From Mobula hypostoma (Eukaryota), in NCBI RefSeq assembly GCF_963921235.1, contig NC_086098.1, forward strand, positions 4,898,001 through 4,962,000: DNA of 64,000 bases, given 5' to 3'. The position numbers and the translations under genes are program-made. Of this stretch, positions 25,171-37,544 are shown piece by piece (positions within the stretch are counted from its first letter, which is position 1; every line of letters begins with the position of its first letter). Below the pieces are notes generated by a model, which did no database searches, was not told the origin of the DNA, and worked only from the letters and a program-made list of their open reading frames with translations.

Positions 25171-27402
25171 ACATCTTATTTTACTTAATGTCTGAATGAG
25201 ACCAGTTGCTATGGAAACAAAAGCCAGTTCTGCATCTTGCTTAATTTCCCCTTTCATTGAAGCAAGCATTGAGAATCATGAGTTCGTGCTTGCCACAAAC
25301 AGCAGGGCTATAACATAAACTTAATCCTCATACTCAACGCCTTCATGGTTAAATTGTTTAATAGCTCTACGCCCAGGGTGTGCTTCTAATCTTAAATTCT
25401 TTCCATTATGAACATGGCCTACCTCTAATCCTATTGTGACTCATTTGACATAAAACACTGAATATACGTTTGACACCTCCTGCATCGTAACGGTCTGCTT
25501 GTCATTCTGAACAGTCACCCTTAACTTTACTTAACACAAAATTCTAAAGTTCTTATCTAATTCTATATTATGTACCATTTTATCATCGCATGATCTCTAT
25601 AATTGACATTAACTCCTTGAATCACTAATTTAAAACTTTTGCCCTTCTATTTCAATCCATCTACGGTCTTGCCATGAAACCAAACAGAAGCTGCTGATTC
25701 TCCAAACAGAAGAAATTGGCCAGTGGTCTGTTCGGATGGGTTTAGGAAGAGGGGTTAGGAGAGATCTCAGGGTTGGTGACCAGGACTGGAGTGGAGTGGT
25801 TGGGGAGTATTCACATTCAGAAGGTCCAGGGATCAAGATGGAGACCTGAGCATCCAGAGATTGAATGACCAGGAATTCCCTTCTTGCTTTGCATTGGTTA
25901 AATCTTGTTGTCCCAGAAATGCTCAAGGACAAGTGGCTAGCTTGATTCAATGCTCCGAAAGGACAGGGCTACCATTTAATTGTGCCAGATTTTTTATATT
26001 TTGCCACAATACTATGGCAGCCCCTGTCCTGCTAAAGCATTGAACGAAATTGACCACTTGTTGTTGGACATTTCTGGGCCAAAGCTTTCCCAATGTAAAC
26101 CAAGGAAGGGAATTCCTAACACAAAAATCACTTTCAAGACTGTTTATTGACATTCTTAGTACCCAAGTGCTTCTGGGGGGGGGGGGGGGGAGTGGTTAGG
26201 GAGACAATAATTACACAATTAAATCTTTGACCTGGGCTGCTCCAGTGCAACAGCTACAAAAGGAATCAAGGGAATCGTGTCAGGTACATGACAGCAGAAG
26301 AGGAAGGAGACAGCTTACACAAAAAGTGACAGTGAGAAAAAAAATCGCACAGAACCAGAACGTTACATGTACATTTGCAGTAGGTTAATATAGTAAGAAT
26401 TCAAAGTGTAAATCAGAAAAAAGGCAAATAGGAATCAGAGGAAAAGGCCAGATACTTGGCCGTTATTGAGGAAAAGGGTTACCTTCAGGGAGGATTAAAA
26501 AAGTAGGAGACATGCTGGGGGTAAAGAACAAGTTAATGCTGGTGACAACATTTGATTAGAGTAGAAAAATGCAGTCAGGAGGCTAGTCTATACCGATAAT
26601 GGGGATTGGGGGGGCGGGCACCATGGGCTTGGGGACAAATTAAAATTACGGAGTAAAGGGGTTGATGAGGGGTAAAGCCCACCTGTGGTCTTGGGAAATG
26701 GCCAGAGAGATGGTTTGAGAAGTTATCAAGAGAGACTGCACAGAAATAGCTCCTTTGTCCAATGAGTGCACTGATCACCAATCACCGATGTTCAAGTGGC
26801 AACCTACAGTGGCCAATTTACCTCCCAACCCATGTGTCTGGGGATGCGGAAGGAAACTGTAACACCTTGTGAAAACTCTGCACAGTGACATGGTTGAGCA
26901 GTGGTAAAGAGTAAAGCTATTGCAGCACCAGATGTATAATTGGGGTTCGATCACTGGCCACTGTAAGGAGTTTGTATGCTCTCCCTGTGACTGCTTAGCT
27001 TTCATGCCTGTGCTCCAACTTCTTCCCATCTTGCAAAGACGTACAGGTTAATGTCAGTGAATTATGGACATGCTGTGCTGGTACTAGGAGCATGGTGATA
27101 TTTATGGGCTGCCCAGTACGATCCACACTGACGTGAGCTGGAAGAAATGATGCATTCACTGTATGCCGCGATGTGCACATGACAAATAAAGCTAATCTTT
27201 AAACCCAAATGGTGAACTCCATCTCAAGGTCAGGACCGTACCTGGATCTCTAACAATGTGAGACAATTGCTTTCTTGGTCGCACCACTGTGCCTAACCAG
27301 AGATGAATGAAACACAAGCTAATGTGCCTTTGAAATCCAATTAATGTTAAAATCTTTCCATTGTTTCAGGTAAATTAGGATAAAGAAATTGGCAATACTC
27401 AC

Positions 27403-27500
27403 TCATCGATCAGCTGGCCTAAAACAAGCTGAACATCTCGGTTTGATTTAACAATGTCACTTGCTTTGCTTTCAATGTGTGTTAGATCCACATTGAGAAT
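27403..27500 (-). CDS. UFL1: UFL1 coding exon 4 ([32 protein letters not shown])
   Basis: tttccttag acceptor, gtgagt donor. 98 nt. Confidence 0.95.
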
Positions 27501-28244
27501 CTAAGGAAATGTTCAAAAACAAAATTTTAATATAGTTTAAGACTGTGCAAATTATCAGAGTAACATATTCAAGATTCAAGATTGTTTAATGTCATTTCCA
27601 GTAGACAAGTGTAAAGGAGAATTAAGTAATTATTACTCTGGATCTGATGCAGCATATAAATAAAATATGTGATAAAGAATACAACTATAAATGCATAAGA
27701 TAGCTTATATACATAGATTAATTGTATGTCCATAAAGTGACACTAGGCTGTACATACGGTGACTGACAGGAAATGATAATACAGTTGGGGCTGTGGAAAG
27801 GTGGATCAGCTTTACTGCTTGGAAAAAGTAATTGTGTTTGAGTCTGGTGCCCTGGCAATAATCCCACATACTGGTGGTGGGGTGAATTTGTGGGCCAGGT
27901 GTTGATCAACTGTACTGGTTGAAGAAATTAACTGCTTTTTGAGTCTGGTGTTCCTATGGGAAAACAGATGAGGAAATACACTTCAGACAGAGCCGATTTT
28001 GAATCTTGAGAGATAAGTTGTTAAGAAAAGCTAACTGGTTATGGTCATGCCAGTGGATAATAAGATAAAAGATGCTGGCTGAACTGCTGAAAACCCCGAA
28101 GAACAACTCCAAATGAATTAAATGAAGTACAATGACGTGTAGTTTGGGCCTTGGATAGACGTCCAATCATGTCCAAGTGCATCACAAGAAATATATATCT
28201 CAACATCAAATAACAAATAAGATGTGAATCCAAACAAGACAATA

Positions 28245-28514
28245 AATAATCTTGCGAGACCAGGGATCTGCGCCTGGAAAGTCTTCACTCTCCAGGGCGC
28301 AGGCCTCGACAAGGGTGTATGGGAGACCAGCAGTTGCCCATGCTGCAAGTCGCCCCTCTCCACAACACCGATGTTGTCCAAGGGAAGGGCATTAGGGCAG
28401 TGGCACCAGTGTCGTCACAGAGCAAGGACACAACACATTCCCTCGGCTGGGGCTCAAACTCACGACCTTCAGGTCGCTAGTCCAATGCCTTAACCACTTG
28501 GCCACGTGCCCACA
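28245..28514 (-). mobile_element. tRNA-derived SINE
   Basis: Minus strand 'gtggccaagtggttaaggc...gagtttgagccc' A/B-box-like head; flanked by aaacaagaca direct repeats. Confidence 0.7.
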
Positions 28515-28589
28515 CTAAACAAGACATGTGAATCATATATCCCGTGTTCAGCCAGAATTGGTGAATCGGTTTAATTCATTGCAACAGAC

Positions 28590-29750
28590 TGATGCAGAGG
28601 TCAATTTCATTGGGTATATTTAAAGTGGAGATTTCTAGATTCTTGATTAATAAGGATGTCAAAGGTTATGGAGAGAAGGCAGGAGAATGGGATTGAGAGG
28701 GATAAGAAATTAGCCATGATGGAGCAGATTCAATGGGCTGAATGGCCTAATTCTGCTTCAAGATTTTATGGTATCATCTATTGGCAAACACTTGGTAAGA
28801 CCACAAGACCAGAAGCTACAGCAGCCAAATTAGGCCATTTGGCCCAACGAGTCTGCCCTACAATTTCATCAGCTAATGTAGAAGCAAAAGAGAGGGCATA
28901 CAAAAAAGCAAAAATTAGTTGGAAGACAGAGAATTGGGAAGCTTTTAAAACCCTACAGAGAGTGCCTAAAAGAATCATTAGGAGGGAAAAGATGAAATAT
29001 GAAAGCAAGCTAGAAAACAATATCAAAGTGGATAGTGAAAGCTTTATCAAGTATTTAAAAACTAAAAGAGAGATGAGAGTGGATATAGGACCACTAGAAA
29101 AAAATAACTGGGGCCAAGGACATGGCAGATGAATTAAATGAGTAGTTTGGATCAGTCTTCACTATGGAAGACACCAGCAGTGTGCCAGAAGTTGAAGGGT
29201 GTGAGGGAAGAGAACTGAGTACAGTTACTATTACAAGGGAGAAGGCGCTCAAAAGTCAAGAGGCCTAAGGGTACATATGTCACACGGACCAGATGAACTG
29301 CACCCTAGGGTCCTGAAAGAGGTAGTGGTAGAGATTGTGGAGGTATTAGTAATGATCTTTCAAAAATCATTGGACTCTGGCATGGTGCCAGAGGACTGGA
29401 AATCTGCAACTGCCACTCCATTCTCCAAGAAAGAGGGAAGGCGGCAAAGGAAATTATAGACCAGTTAGCCTGACCTCAGTAGCTGGGAAGATGCTGGAGT
29501 CAATTGTTAAGGACGAAGTTGTGGAGTACTTGGTGACACAGGACAAGATAGGACAAAGTCAGCATGGTTTCCTTCAGGGGAAATCTTGCCTGACGAACCT
29601 TTGGAATTCTTTGAGGAGATTACAAGTAGGATAGATAAAGAGGATGCATTGGATGTTGTATATTTGGACTTCCAGAAGGCCTTTGACAAGGTGCTACACA
29701 CGAGGCTGCTTACCAAGTTAAGAACCAATGGCATTACAGGAAAGTTACTG
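28590..29750 (+). mobile_element. Degenerate CR1 fragments
   Basis: GPDELHPRVLKE and YLDFQKAFD motifs. Confidence 0.85.
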
Positions 29751-30521
29751 TTTACCTCCACATCATTGCCATTTACCTGCACTATCCCCAGGCCATTTCA
29801 TTTTCTTTGTGTACAAAACATCTTCAGAATCAGGTTTATTATCACTGACATATTTCATGAAATTGATTTTGCAACAATAGTACATTGCAATACACAATAA
29901 TTACTATAAATTACAATAACATATAAAATAAAGAGTGCAAAAATAGCGCAAAATAGTGAGGTAGTGTTCAGAATCAGAACCAGGTTTAATATCATTGGCA
30001 TATGTTGTGAAATTTGTTCAGAAATCTGATAGCAGAGGCGAAAAAAACCTGTGTGCATTTTGTGTACCTGCGCAGAATACCCTTCGTAAACTGATTATTT
30101 GCCTACAAATTGCATTTTGAAAGCAACTAATGCAATGTTGCATGTATTATCATAACATGGTAGTTGGGGTTTAATAAATATACATTGTGTCAAAAACAGT
30201 GTGGGCTCGACTGCTTCTCTCCTCTTATTTACATGCGATACAAGGTAGGTACTCAAACAGGGAACTGATCACTTCATTGCCCTAATTACAACATGGACAA
30301 TTTACAAATTATTATAAAAAAAAAACTAGACTAAAGTTAGTTTTCTCATGCAGATTGTCTCGAGCCCTTCAGCATAGAGTCAGACAGAACAAAAATAGAC
30401 TCTTTGGTCCACCATCTCCATGCCAACCACCTTGACTTTTTCCATTTAGCAGCACTTGGTCTGTAGCCAAATTAACTAAGCATTGTTAGTGTCCCAAATC
30501 AAACTTAAAGTACTTAAAGTA

Positions 30522-31146
30522 CTCCTCCGGTGGGAAGAGGAGATAGCAGTGTGCCGCGCGCGCGCAGCCCTCCGGTGAAAATGATATCGTATCCGTTAAA
30601 TAGGGGCCGTGGACAATTCTGATTTGATGGAGACAGACGTGAAAGCACAGAGGAACATCTGGAGAAATTTCTGAAATGCAGGTTCGCTGCCGCTGTTACT
30701 GGGCGATCAAGAATCTTCCCAGGGAAGGCCCCAAAATCCCCGGCTTTGCCTGTTGTTGGCGACCGAGATTGAGGTCCAATCGTTCGGATAGAGATGGTGC
30801 TCGGTACTTGGTGTCGGAGGGCTGATCAGAGCTCGAAGTTTTCAGACGACTCAGAGTCGGATTGTAGTCGGCATGGCAGGGAGAGTTTTCTTCCTTCTCC
30901 TGTCTGCGTGAGATGTGGGACTTTGGAGAGACTTTGAACTTTTTACTGTGCCATGGACTGTTCTTCATCAAGTTATGGTATTGTTGCACTGTTGTAACTA
31001 TATGTTATAATTATGTGGTTTTGTTAGTTTTTTCAGTCTTGGTCTGTCCTGTGTTTTGTGATATCACACCGGAGAAAATAATGTATCATTTCTTAATGCA
31101 TGCACTAAAAATGACACTAAAAGAGGACTGCGTGTCCTCATAATCT
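30522..31146 (+). mobile_element. Unclassified non-autonomous retroposon (CpG-rich head, ataatcta tail, taaagta TSD)
   Basis: taaagta on both sides; unusually CpG-rich 5' half; no ORF with recognisable domains. Confidence 0.55.
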
Positions 31147-31329
31147 AAAGTATTCTGTTCTGAGAGAGATTTATTTTTAACCTTATGGTTCTGTCCAAAC
31201 TAGTTTCTTTCAAGGGTTTTACATCAGAGCCAGGTCTGTCTATACAAATAGGCACCAACAATACATTCATTACACATCAAAGTTGCTGGTGAACGCAGCA
31301 GGCCAAGCAGCATCTGTAGGAAGAGGTGC

Positions 31330-31365
31330 AGTCGACGTTTCAGGCCGAGACCCTTCGTCAGGACT
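31330..31365 (-). ncRNA. Minimal type I hammerhead ribozyme motif (sense to UFL1 pre-mRNA)
   Basis: AGUC-CUGACGA-AGGGUCUCGGCCU-GAAA-C-GUC-GACU on the minus strand. Confidence 0.78.
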
Positions 31366-32939
31366 AACTGAAGGAAGAGTGAGTAAGGGATTTGAAAGTT
31401 GGAGGGGGAGATCCAAAATGATAGGAGAAGACAGGAGGGGGAGGGATAGAGCCAAGAGCTGGACAGGTGATAGGCAAAAGGGGATACAAGAGGATCATGG
31501 GACAGGAGGTCCGGGAAGAAAGACGGGGGGGGGGGACCCAGAGGATGGGCAAGAGGTATATTCAGAGGGACAGAGGGAGAAAAAGGAGAGTGAGAGAAAG
31601 AATGTGTGCATAAAAATGAGTAACAGATGGGGTACGAGGGGGAGGTGGGGCCTTAGGGGAAGTTAGAGAAGTTGATGTTCATGCCATCAGGTTGGAGGCT
31701 ACCCAGACGGAATATAAGGTGTTGTTCCTCCAACTTGAGTGTGGCTTCATGTTTACAGTAGAGGAGGCCGTGGATAGACATGTCAGAATGGGAATGGGAT
31801 GTGGAATTAAAATGTGTGGCCACCGGGAGATCCTGCTTTCTCGCAATTCCTCCGTCTCCGCCGCATATGCTCTCAGGATGAGGCTTTTCATTCTAGGACG
31901 AGGGAGATGTCTTCCTTTTTTAAAGAAAAGGGCTTCCCTTCCTCCATTATCAACTCTGCTCTTAAACGCATCTCCCCCATTTCACGTACATCTGCTCTCA
32001 CTCCATCCTCCCGCCACCCCACTAGGAATAGGGTTCCCCTGGTCCTCACCTATCACCCCACCAGCCTCCGGGTCCAACATATTATTCTCCGTAACTTCCG
32101 CCACCTCCAACGGGATCCCAGCACTAAGCACATCTTTCCCTCCCCACCTCTCTCTGCATTCCGCAGGGATCGCTCCCTACACAACTCCCTTGTCCATTCG
32201 TGCCCCCCATCCCTCCCCACTGATCTCCCTCCTGGCACTTATCCGTGTAAGCGGAACAAGTGCTACACATGCCCTTACACTTCCTCCCTTACCACCATTC
32301 AGGGCCCCAAACAGTCCTTCCAGGTGAGGCAACACTTCACCAGTGAGTCGACTGGGGTGATATACTGCGTCCGGTGCTCCCGATGTGGCCTTTTATATAT
32401 TGGCGAGACCCGACGCAGACAGGGAGACCGCTTTGCTGAACATCTACGCTCTGTCCGCCAGAGAAAGCAGGATCTCCCAGTGGCCACACATTTTAATTCC
32501 ACATCCCATTCCCATTCTGACATGTCTATCCACGGCCTCCTCTACTGTAAACATGAAGCCACACTCAGGTTGGAGGAATAACACCTTATATTCCATCTGG
32601 GTAGCCTCCAACCTCATGGCATGAACATCGACTTCTCTAACTTCCGCTAAGGCCCCACCTCCCCCTCGTACCTCATCTGTTACTCATTTTTATGCACACA
32701 TTCTTTCTCTCACTCTCCTTTTTCTCCCTCTGTCCCTCTGAATATACCTCTTGCCCATCCTCTGGGTACCCCCCCCCCTTGTCTTTCTTCCCGGACCTCC
32801 TGTCCCATGATCCTCTCGTATCCCCTTTTGCCTATCACCTGTCCAGCTCTTGGCTCTATCCCTCCCCCTCCTGTCTTCTCCTATCATTTTGGATCTCCCC
32901 CTCCAACTTTCAAATCCCTTACTCACTCTTCCTTCAGTT

Positions 32940-32975
32940 AGTCCTGACGAAGGGTCTCGGCCTGAAACGTCGACT
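32940..32975 (+). ncRNA. Minimal type I hammerhead ribozyme motif
   Basis: agtc ctgacga agggtctcggcct gaaa c gtc gact read directly on the plus strand. Confidence 0.78.
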
Positions 32976-33206
32976 GCACCTCTTCCTACAGATGCTGCCT
33001 GGCCTGCTGCGTTCACCAGCAACTTTGATGTGTGTTGCTTGAATTTCCAGCATCTGCAGAATTCCCGTTGTTTACCAACAATACATTCACTGCTTTAATT
33101 TGGTCATTGTTAAAAGATTGCAGACATCTGAACCTCAAATTAAACTCAAACTGGACATTCAATGTGCAAAATTAAAATAAAGATTTTAAACAAAACATTT
33201 ACTCAC

Positions 33207-33235
33207 ATGTTGAAGATCCACAATATTTATCCTGC
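33207..33235 (-). CDS. UFL1: UFL1 coding exon 3, 29-nt micro-exon (GRINIVDLQH)
   Basis: cttttcag acceptor, gtgagt donor. Matches UFL1 GRVNIVDLQ and keeps the frame between exons 2 and 4. Confidence 0.93.
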
Positions 33236-33254
33236 CTGAAAAGTAAGGGAAGTA

Positions 33255-34700
33255 GAACATTAGAGAGTTTTTAGACAAGAAGAGGCCATTCAGCCCAACA
33301 AAGCTTGCCAATTTCCTATTCAAATAGTGCGTTGAAGTAACTATCAAGTTTAGATTTGCAAGTCTCTAAGGTACTACTTTCAGCTACATAACTAGGTAGT
33401 TTGTTCCATATGCTCACAACTTGCCGTGTAAAGAAATGCTTCTTGATTTTAGTCTGAAATCTCCCTTTAACCAGTCTCCAACTACGGCCTCGGGTCTTTA
33501 ATGTGGATTAGTTTTGAAGTAGCAGCTAGTATCCACCTTACTGATGCCCTTAATGATTTTGTTCACTTCTATCCTGTCTCCCCTCATTCTCTGTCTACTT
33601 AGGCTAAAAAGATTTAATTATTTCAATCTATCTTCCCAGCTCATACCCTGCAGACCTGGAATGAGTCTCATCATCCTACTCTGGACTCTCTCCAGTGCCT
33701 TCACATCCCTCACACGATATGGAGACCCAAATGGTACACAGTACTCAAGGTGTGGCCTCACAAGCGCATTATAAAGTTTAACAAGAACGTCTCTAGACTT
33801 GAGCTCCACTGAGTGCATTATGTAGCCCAATATTCTGTTAGCCTTCCTAATCACTCCTGTGCATTGTCTAGATACTGATAGTGATGAGTCTACTGGGACG
33901 CCCAAATCCTTCTCATGCAGTGCACTTTCTAACTCAAGACCCCCACTGTATGTTTATATCTAATATTTCTACTTCCTGTATGTAATATTTTACATTTACT
34001 TGTATTAAATTTCACCTGTCATTTATCTGCCCACATCTGGATTTTGTTTAGATCTAACTGTTGATTCTGCTGTCTGAATGTTATCAACCCGGCCCCCTAA
34101 TTTTGTGTCATTGGCAAACTTTACTAGTTTATTTGTTATGTGCTTACCCAAATCTTTAATGTAAATTAAAAACAACAGTGGCCGCAAAACTGATCCCTGC
34201 GGAACCCCAGTTTTAACATCTTCTAAGTGTGAAAGTGATCCTCTCACCACAAATTGTTTTCTGTTTTTGAGGCAATTCACACTCCTTACCCTGAATCCCT
34301 ACCTCCTGGAATTTGATAATTAACTTCTTGTGAGCTACCTTGTCAAAAGCCTTCTGAAGGTCCAAGTAAATTATATCACCATTACTGTTATCATAAATTG
34401 TAGTTGCCCCTTCGTAGAACTCCAGCGTATCAGTAAAACATGATTTCTCCTTTCTGAACCCATGCTGACTTTCTGCTAACATGCTTGTTCTTATCAGCTG
34501 CTTTTCCATTTCATTCTTTGTTATTGTTTCCATTATCTTACCTACAATACACATGAAGCTTACTGGTCTACCGTTACCAGAGTCAGTGCAGACACCCTTC
34601 TTGTATACCGGGACAACATTAGCCCACTTCCAGTCCTTAGTGATTTCACCAGTCTTTACTGACTTTTGAAAAACAACGTTAGGGGTTTGCATATATAATC
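33255..34700 (-). mobile_element. Old CR1 LINE (RT to 3' tail), ending ~18 nt from the UFL1 exon 3 acceptor
   Basis: [32 protein letters not shown]; tail 'gggctgaatggcctcttcttgtc...ctaatgttcta'. Confidence 0.85.
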
Positions 34701-35204
34701 ACAGACCACTTTAAATATTTAAAAAGGCAAATTAAAATTTATATAAAAGTTGAATAGCCATTTCTGTTCCCTCTAATATTCACCCAAAACATAGCTTTCA
34801 AAATCGTACCTTTTTTCTACTTTTAAAAAATCTATCTATAATTTGCCAAAAATCTATGGAAAAGATGGCAAAACAGGAGTGAGAAACCTACAGTATTAGA
34901 ATCTGAATTCAGCTGAAAATATCAGATAGAAACCTTAAGTTCAAGCTTGTTAAAAAGTGTTCAAAGTAAATCTTACTATGGTATATATATGTCACCATAT
35001 GCAACGCAGAAATTCATTTTCTTATGGGCATTCACAATAAATCCATCAAATAGTAACTATAACAGAATCTATGAAAGACCGTCCAGCTGGGGCATTGAAA
35101 CAGACTGAAGACGACAAACAGCAAATGCACAAAGCAGGAATAATAATAATAAGTAAACAAGGAATAAATTTGGACAGCATGAAACGAAGAGTCCTTGAAA
35201 GTAA

Positions 35205-36100
35205 TGTCACGTACCCTGTGACAGGGATAAAGAACCAGCAGAGATGGAAAACACTTTGGAGTCTCGTATTGCTATAAACTAATAATATTTATTAGTAACT
35301 ACACAATACAGTAATATAAATGTAGATAAATCAAACAGGTTAGCAATGATTATATATAAAAGTAAGTGTGGAATATATATGTATGAAAAACCAAGCTTCT
35401 TTAAGTCTAGGGGTAAAAAGATACAGTCTTACGATGTTGAGTAAGGTTCAGTTCAGTTCAGTTCGTGGTGTTTAGTTGAGTAGTGATGGAGAGAGAGAGA
35501 GAGAGTGAGTCGAGTTTTCAGGTGAGCTGATGCCGTCGATCTTCTCGTTGTCCTCCGAAATCCTTTACAAGTCACCGACTGTGACTTTAACCAGGGGGAC
35601 CGGTTTTCTGTGGTGGAGCTATCACCCCGGCAAGGGTGGACACATAGACAACTCCCCACCAGTCAACCCCTTCTTCACCGATGGAATAGCAATTTGGATC
35701 GATCCTCCAAAACCCACTTTCTCTGCAGGCACAACAATGCTCATTTAGTGTCCAGATCATGTGTCCTGAGGTCTGTATCATCTGACCTCCCATTTATTTC
35801 ACCAGGCTGAGCATCACCTGTCATTCCAAGAGTCCCACCTTCCTTTGTCTGCAAAGTAGTGCACAAGCAGGCAACCTGTCCTTGGAAGTAACATCAATAA
35901 CCAGCTGAAAATCATAACATCGAGTGTCCATTAAATAACACTGCCTTCGGTCACCATAGCAACTTATGAGCTGCTCAGTGCTGTCTCCAACTCCAAACTC
36001 AGTAGAAATCCAAAGTTACTTCCAATGCCTTAAAGTGACTGTCCAACCGTTAATCTTCGTCTCTCTCTCTCTTTTCAAAAGCAACATATCGGTGGTAAAT

Positions 36101-36137
<37 letters not shown>

Positions 36138-36209
36138 TTCCAAACAAACCATCAATGATAAATGTCTCTCTCCAAACAGTTAATAGGGGCACTCCAGGAT
36201 CCCCTCACA
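35205..36209 (-). mobile_element. Solo LTR of a Gypsy family, inserted in a Rex1-like fragment
   Basis: TG...CA termini, GTAA 4-bp TSD (35201-35204, 36210-36213). Shares motifs with the LTRs at 37545 (tccacccttgcc, actgaactgaact, ttttacccctagact). Confidence 0.85.
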
Positions 36210-37544
36210 GTAAGCACACTCATAGTGGGCACATTTCAATGACAGGGCAAGGGAAGTTGAGTGAGTTGGCTGAAGAGCCTGATGGCTGAGGGGTAATGAC
36301 TGCTCCTGAACCTGGTGGTGTGACCACAGAGACTTCTGTATCTTCTTCCTGATGGCAGCCGTGAGAAGAGAGAATGACCACTGGGTGGTGAGTGTCCCTG
36401 ATGATGGATGCTGCTTTCTTGGGACAACACTTCATGCAGATGTGTTCAATAGTGGGGAGGGCTTTACCCGCGATGGACAGGTAAACACAGGTCTTTAAAT
36501 AATTCTTTAGGAAAGACGATAATACATACCATTGATAAACAGATATATCCAATACTGTTCCTAAAGTGCAGGAGAAAAATACTCCGCACCATACTAGACC
36601 CTTCCCACCACTGCGTATATCGAGTACAAGAAGTACTGCAGTAAGAAAGCTGCATTCATCAGGGACCCCCATCACCCAGGCCATGCTCTCTTCTCACTGC
36701 TACCATCAGGAAGGAGGTACAGGAGAAAGAGGTCCCATACTACCAGGTGCAGGAAGTTATTTTACTTTAACCATCAGGTATCTGAGCCAGAGGAAATAAC
36801 TTCACAGAGCACAACACTGATCATTGAACACAACCTTTGGACTTACTTTCAAGGACTCTATAACTAATCTCATCAGTTCATTCATTTATTTATTTAATAG
36901 TTATTACTTATTTGTTAATATTTGCATTTAGGTTTTTATTGATTCTATTTCACTACTCTGTTCTACTGTGAATTCCTGCAAGAAAATGAATCTCAGGGTA
37001 GTATTGGGTGACATATATGTATTTTGATAATAAAATTAACTTTGAACAAGATTCAAATTCCTCAGTTCTGAAGAAGTCTCAGCCTAAAACATTGACTGTT
37101 CATTCATTTCTACATATGCTTCCACTATCATTCCCTTGTTTAAGTTTTAAATCCTAACTTTTGGCCACAGAAAATACAGTGGAAATCAACAGTGAAAGAT
37201 AGACATGTGCACACTGAGAGCCGTTCACAGAATTATTTTGTGAATGGTAAACGACGCAATTTTTACAATAGGCAAAATTGATCTTTCATACTGGCTTTCC
37301 TCTCGCCAACTACAGATATGAAATGTGACAGCCTTTTACAAAGTGATTTCCTTTAGATGGATTTTGACAATGGTGTATCGTTAGAATGTATTTAATACAT
37401 TATACACTTAATTCATAATCAGTTAAATTATTACATACATAAAAGGCTTAAGATGGGTAATGAATAAGTTCTATAAAGTGAAATGTGCCCATGTTGATCA
37501 TGACTCAGTAATGCTGGACTATACCTTCCAACATCAGTTATAGT

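Larger units (their letters stand above)
31270..33073 (+). mobile_element. Penelope-like retroelement insertion: inverted pLTR + RT C-terminus/GIY-YIG endonuclease + pLTR
   Basis: GIY-YIG (VIYCVRCSRCGLLYIGETRR...RFAEH) in ORF 31814..32581. Inverted arms 31272-31842 / 32461-33033. 16-bp TSD accaacaatacattca (31254-31269, 33074-33089). Confidence 0.93.
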
